Origin: Octopus sinensis
Lineage: Eukaryota
DNA length: 64,000 nt
NCBI RefSeq assembly: GCF_006345805.1
Contig: NC_043009.1
Span: forward strand, 11,346,001-11,410,000
Direction: 5' to 3'
Position numbers and translations under genes: made by a program. The notes under the pieces were generated by a model. The model was given only the letters and a program-made list of their open reading frames with translations. It was not told the DNA's origin and ran no database searches. Below, piece after piece: positions 58,617 through 64,000 of this stretch; positions within the stretch are counted from its first letter, which is position 1; each line of letters begins with the position of its first letter.

Positions 58617-59090
58617 CTAAAAAACGAGAGGAAAAGGAAATCCGAAGAAAGTCACAGTGAAAAAGGAGAGAGTCAAATAAAGTTAAAAAGAAAGTCAAAT
58701 AAAGTTAAAAAGAAAGTCAATAACACAGCAAAAACCTTCTGGCCATTTGGTACTCCCGGCCTAAATTGAACCAGGAACGCAGAACTTCCACAAAACTTGG
58801 TGTAAAATTGGTAAAACTTGTTTAAACTTCGGAGGCAAAATACTCCCCTATATAGCAGTTTTCACAAAAAGTTCTTTACAGCACAATACAATTCTCACAA
58901 TTACGTGAAAAAAATATTCACTCAACTTATCGAAGACGGATACGCCCCTCCACTGTTTTTTTTTCAATAAACACAAAAACGGCAGCCGCCGAGAGCAGGC
59001 GAAATTGTCTCAGAGTTGGACACAACTTACTGAAATAATAATTGGCACGCAATAAATTATGCCCAACTCACAATAAACAAAATCACTTAC
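58617..59090 (-). other. Predicted 474-nt spliceosomal intron in the ORF1 5' leader
   Basis: Donor GAG|GTAAGT (59091/59090); acceptor tttccttttcctctcgttttttAG| (58617), 57 nt upstream of the ATG. Confidence 0.5.
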
Positions 59091-59256
59091 CTCGACAACT
59101 TTCCGTTTTTGGTCTTTTTTCTTTAATTGGACGGAGCTGGTTGACTCGCGTCCACTCTGGCTGAACAGGAAGCAACTGACTAACTGCGCATGTGTGTTAG
59201 CAAGCTACTTACCACACAGCCACTCCTGCGCCTATATATATATATATATATATATA

Positions 59257-59575
59257 GGCGCAGGAGTGGCTGTGTGGTAAGTAGCTTGCTAACACATTGT
59301 TCTGTGTTCAGTCCCAATGCGTGGCACCTTGGACGGGAAGACCAAAGCATTGTGAGTGGATTTGGAAAGAAGCCAATCATTCATTCAAATACGTATGTAT
59401 TTGTGTGTCTGTGTTTGTCCCCCAACCATCTCTTGATAACCGATGTTGGTCTGTTTACGTCCCCGTAACTTATTGGTTCGACTAAAGAATAAGCCGGGTG
59501 TTGATTTGTTCGACTAAAGGCGGTGCTCAGGCATGGCCGCAGTCAAATGACTGATACAAGTAGAATAAAAGAATA
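59257..59575 (+). mobile_element. SINE family A, diverged
   Basis: Head and tail align to family A; head-to-head with 59193-59232. Confidence 0.85.
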
Positions 59576-60109
59576 TAAACTCAAGCATATATATATATAT
59601 ATATACATACATGTATATACAGATGTTTGTGTGTGTATATGATGAATGTGTGTGTATTCTAGATGATGTTCTTAACCAACGGGTGATGCACATGAACACA
59701 TTGCCTTGATTATATAATACTTGTTGGAACCAGCGTTCTCCAAGACTGAACCCCTTGTTTTCTCAAGGGTAGTCGATCGGGTCGAAAAGGTGTCTGCCAC
59801 TCGTCCATTTTAGTCAGTTTTACATCTTATCTACGGTAGCTCGCATACCTATACTACTGCTTACAACGGACCTCTAACACTCTTGCTCCTTCCGATTAAG
59901 ATAACTGTGTCACGGGAGATTTGTTACCGGGATAAATCATGTATATCAACGTTATCTCGTGCAGTAGAATTTGGTTAATTTTGTTCTCTCATTAAATAAA
60001 TTAATCTCAAATCTATGAATGCTTCATAATTAATATGAATTTTTGGGGAGTAGACTGAAGATACATTATTTACATTTGACGGATATTTGTCCTCGTCTTC
60101 TTTGTTGTT

Positions 60110-60155
60110 AACACAACGTTTCGGCTGGTATACCCTCCAGCCTTCATCAGGTGTC
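60110..60155 (-). ncRNA. Minimal type I hammerhead with canonical core in PLE-type terminal repeat
   Basis: gacac-CTGATGA-a-GGCTGG agggtata CCAGCC-GAAACGT-T-gtgtt; GUU site. Confidence 0.75.
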
Positions 60156-60960
60156 TTGGGGAAATCCTTTTCAGAAACACTGTTGCATGCAGCAATACTT
60201 TTGGCGGACATATCATTCATCGGAAGATGTTGTTCTTGCTGTTGTTATTAAGTAATGATATCCTATGTTTTAGTCTATACAAAATAGATATATTTCTTCT
60301 TATTCACTGACACGTGGAGATTAGGGCATTTTTTAAACGTTCATTTCATTTATACGTTGCAGATCATGCGTTATTCATTGTTAGTTTGGGAGACATCTTT
60401 CCGTTCGTTGTTGTTGTAAATGTCATAAGCTAACGTGTACAAGCACTAGAAAAGAAATATGTTAAAGAAAAATCTTTCACACCTGCTATAAGGTAATGTG
60501 GCAATTCTACAAAAATTCCAAATTCCCTTATTTGAGATACAAAAGAAAAGAAAATGGAATTCTTTCTATAAAATGAAACTGGATTTTTTAAATGCCGTAA
60601 CATAGAAACGACGCTTGAAACATTAGCGGCAAGGTTTCATTGAGTAATTCGACCCCAGTACTCGACTTATACATTGCTATTATCGATTCTGAAGAATCAG
60701 AGTCCAATCTGACCTAAAAATAACAATGAATAAATAAAGATATATAAATAAGTGCAAGTAAGAGCAACCAGCGTTGATTAGAACCCGCGGCGTTGGTATA
60801 TTTAAATGAAGCCACAACCTCGAATAATTTTTGCTTCACATAGTGGAATGTGAGACTCCGAAAAGTACCCGCAACCGTTACCCTCAGTTAAGATAAACTG
60901 ATGGCTGTTTACCTTAACTTTCAATAGAATACAAAAAGTAAATGCAGACAGAAACGCAAA

Positions 60961-61223
60961 TACGTGGTTTGATCAATAAATATCCAGACTGTTGCCATAG
61001 TAATGAAAATAAAGCATACAGAGTGAAGCCACTTAGCACAGATTAACTTTGAACGATGTTGTACATGCGCACTAAGTTTTAACGTTCTAGCTCACTTTCG
61101 CTTTTAACAGCAGTGCTTGGAAGGAACATGTGTTGCATGAGATCGTCGCATTGACCATGAGAGGAAAAGTTGAGCAGAGAATCTGCATCAAATTTTGCCA
61201 AAAGCTTCGTGATACCTGCTCAG
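60961..61223 (+). mobile_element. Mariner-type element 5' end (truncated)
   Basis: TA-initiated terminus tacgtggtttgatcaataaat; MRGKVEQRICIKFCQKL matches the mariner N-terminal EQRxxIKFC motif. Confidence 0.7.
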
Positions 61224-61407
61224 TGTGTATGTGTGTGTTTGTGTATAATGTGTTGACATTTGTGTGATAATTTAGATTAGTATTATTTATTAGTCATTTT
61301 AAAGAGATATTTATTTTAGTAGTGTTCTTTCTATTTCAGATTGTTATTTGGTCTGCAAATGTAAAAGAAAAAAAACATTACAATTCAGTAATACCAATAA
61401 TCTGGAT

Positions 61408-61632
61408 CAGTGTTTCTCAACCATTTCTCCTATGGACCCTTTTGATTCTTGTTTCATGTAGATGGACCCTCATAACCATTTCAAGTTTTAAAAACTTCAA
61501 ACATATTTTTATAATTAAATATTACTAGGAATTGTTCTAAAAAAATAGTTAACATATGTCATTGCACATAAATTTTACCAAAATCTTGAATGGAACCCCA
61601 ATGGCCAAATGAACCCCAGTTGAAAATCACTG
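61408..61632. mobile_element. hAT (Charlie-type) MITE, older
   Basis: TIRs cagtgtttctcaacc / agttgaaaatcactg; degenerate 8-bp TSD atctggat / gtctacat. Confidence 0.75.
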
Positions 61633-61889
61633 GTCTACATCAACCAATCATTTTGAAGATATAAAAGAATAACAGTACAATTATCACGTACGAATTACCC
61701 GAAATCTCGGAAATATGGTTGTCTGCCTATTAGCATCGAAAGAGATGCTGCGTAAATCGCTCGCTGTGAAACATCACTCATTTCATATCTTTATTGTCTA
61801 AAAAGTGAAAGAACGAATACTTTGAACAATTTAGTAATAGACTTGCCAAATACAGGTAGTTATGGCTGGAATGCTAGAGATCATATGTC

Positions 61890-62307
61890 GGATCTTTTCG
61901 GTTTGAACGGCAGTTTTTAACATCATTTCTAGGTAACTAAAAAATTTTAAACTTCGTATACTGGTAGAATGTGGTTATAAAACATCTTTTTCTCTTGGCT
62001 TTATTGAGAAAATTATATAGTTTGTAAGATATTTGTTGGTTTTTTTTCTTCAATTTCTGCAATTTCAACCAATCAAATACGTCTGTTAAGGTTAAAAAAA
62101 CATTCTGTGCCGTATGAATATGTCCCTCCTTTAAGAATCAGATTGGGTTTATTTACATTTGTGAAGAAAAAAAGATACCCTTCCCCTACCCCTACCCCTA
62201 ACCCTAAACAGATTGAAATTCAATTGATCGATACTAGGGTCATAATTATGGGTGACAATTTCATATGACACCGCTAGAAAAAACTGCCGTTCAAACCGAG
62301 AAGATCC
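61890..62307. mobile_element. MITE with GG termini and 8-bp TSD (Merlin-like)
   Basis: 28-bp TIRs ggatcttttcggtttgaacggcagtttt / aaaactgccgttcaaaccgagaagatcc; perfect TSD catatgtc at 61882-61889 and 62308-62315. Confidence 0.85.
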
Positions 62308-64000
62308 CATATGTCTACTAAATCATGACTGGTATAGGTGTAAACCACAAGAAAGGCGTGAAATTAATGTTGATTAGACAAACAGAACCTTACCCATAAA
62401 ATATATATGGCGTAAATTCACTCTAACGAGGCAACCTAAAAGACAAAATTTCATTTCTGAAATATGAGGATGCACGCACTTGATTTCATGATACTCGTCA
62501 CAAAACTGAATCCAATCAACTATTTTAATATAGAATAATATATAAAATAATATATGCGTGTCTGTGTGTGTCTGTGTGTATATGTGTTTGTAAGTGATTA
62601 TGTGTGTGTGTAAGTGCTTATGTGAGTGTATGTGCTTACGTGTGTGTATGTAAATGATTATGAGTATGTACGTATTTTACTTGTATACCTGAATCACACA
62701 TTGATATTTCACTACTAATTGTGTTTTAAATTCATTACAGAATTCTTAATTTTTTCGATTTCTTTTGAGATTTGCACAATTTAATCTATCTTTTCACTCG
62801 GTCTAAGAAAATGTCAAATTTATATCGAAAGATCAAATCCGATTATTTTCGTTTACTTCTATTTTTTAATTATTACATTATTTATTTTAACATCATATAA
62901 AAATTCCTTAGCAATTTCAAGATAAAAAAAAAACATTAAAAATAATAATTCACCTTTGACAACGGATGACGTCATTTATACTCAATTGTACTGGAATGCG
63001 TGCTGGTGAACAACGAAATTAGATGGTGTAGCAAATATACTTAGGAGCGAGGTAATAGCTATAGCTTCATTTTATAGAATATATAGTTACATACGTTGAT
63101 GAGATTCAATAGCTGTTTTAATGTGATAATTACCAAACAGAAATTGGTTTAAACAGAATGGAAAATTGGTTTAAGTTGGAGATTCTATGATGACTTAGAA
63201 CAGAATCTTATATCTACGTTAGAAAATATAGTCGATAAACGGCTACCCGTTTTAAATTAGTAAAAAATAATAAGTTTAAACATATAATGAGTTTTAAATA
63301 ATATAGTTGTTAATAAGACGTTAAATGTTCGAAGATACTGCAGGTGGGTTGTATTCTGTTCTTTCAATTTGCAATTTCTAAAGTCAATAAACTTGAACAA
63401 TTTTAAATGAGCAAATACCAAATTCAACAATATCTGAAAAACATTCCAATACATTATAGCATTCGTGCACCTAAGTGCACCTAGCAGTTAACCAATAATT
63501 TGTTTTGAAAATCAAATTCTTTTAATTACTAGTGAGGGTTTAAAATTAATTTCTGTTCAACATAGCGTCAGATTTTTTAATGAATAATATAAATGAGAAA
63601 TTGGGCTGCGCATTTATTCTCCTGGAATGTTTGCTCGGATGCAAAAGACGATTTGATTGTCTGTAACGTCCACAATTGCAATTGTTTCGCCACATATGTT
63701 TCTCTGAATTAATGTTTTAGAGGAGCTATCAATGACTTAGCAAAAGCCGAGTTCTTTTGCTAAAACATTAAATTTGTAAAATAAAACTGCATGTTGTATT
63801 CTTGAGCAACACATTTTATTTCACCGTTTCTTCCGTTCACTCAGCTGTAGAAATGAGTTGTGACGTCACAGGTGCCAAGGTGTATCGGCCCCTTTGCCTT
63901 TCCCTTGGATAACACTGGTGGCGTGAAGAGGGGAGGCTGGTATGCATGGTCGATTGCTGGTCTTCCATAAACAACCTTATCCAGATTTGTAACTGGGAAG

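Larger units (their letters stand above)
56994..59195 (-). mobile_element. ORF1-only (HAL1-like) non-LTR retroelement, 2.2 kb
   Basis: Flanked by a 15-bp duplication gttagcaagctactt (56979-56993 and 59196-59210); one ORF1-like ORF, no RT; 3' end gttttgaaata. Confidence 0.7.

Overview
Eukaryotic, AT-rich, microsatellite-saturated DNA. The repeat families look like those of an octopod cephalopod (inference, not checked by search). I found no host protein-coding exon I can support; most listed ORFs are translations of (TA)n, (CA)n, (TATG)n or (ATT)n. The window is a nested collection of mobile elements: three tRNA-head SINE families, decayed L1/Tx1-type ORF2 copies, CR1/L2-type tails, Penelope-like (GIY-YIG) fragments with hammerhead-ribozyme motifs, a deleted Ty3/gypsy, mariner fragments, hAT, Merlin-like and pogo-like MITEs, and Helentron-like HINEs. 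The most notable observation is a pair of homologous ORF1-only (HAL1-like) retroelements at 30779-32600 and 56994-59195. Each encodes a Tx1/L1-type ORF1 (RRM-like region plus zinc knuckle) with no ORF2, has a predicted spliceosomal intron in its 5' leader, and ends in GTTTT(A)GAAATA. A related 3' tail motif also occurs at the end of the Tx1-like LINE and of one SINE family, suggesting one LINE/SINE/half-LINE mobilisation network.
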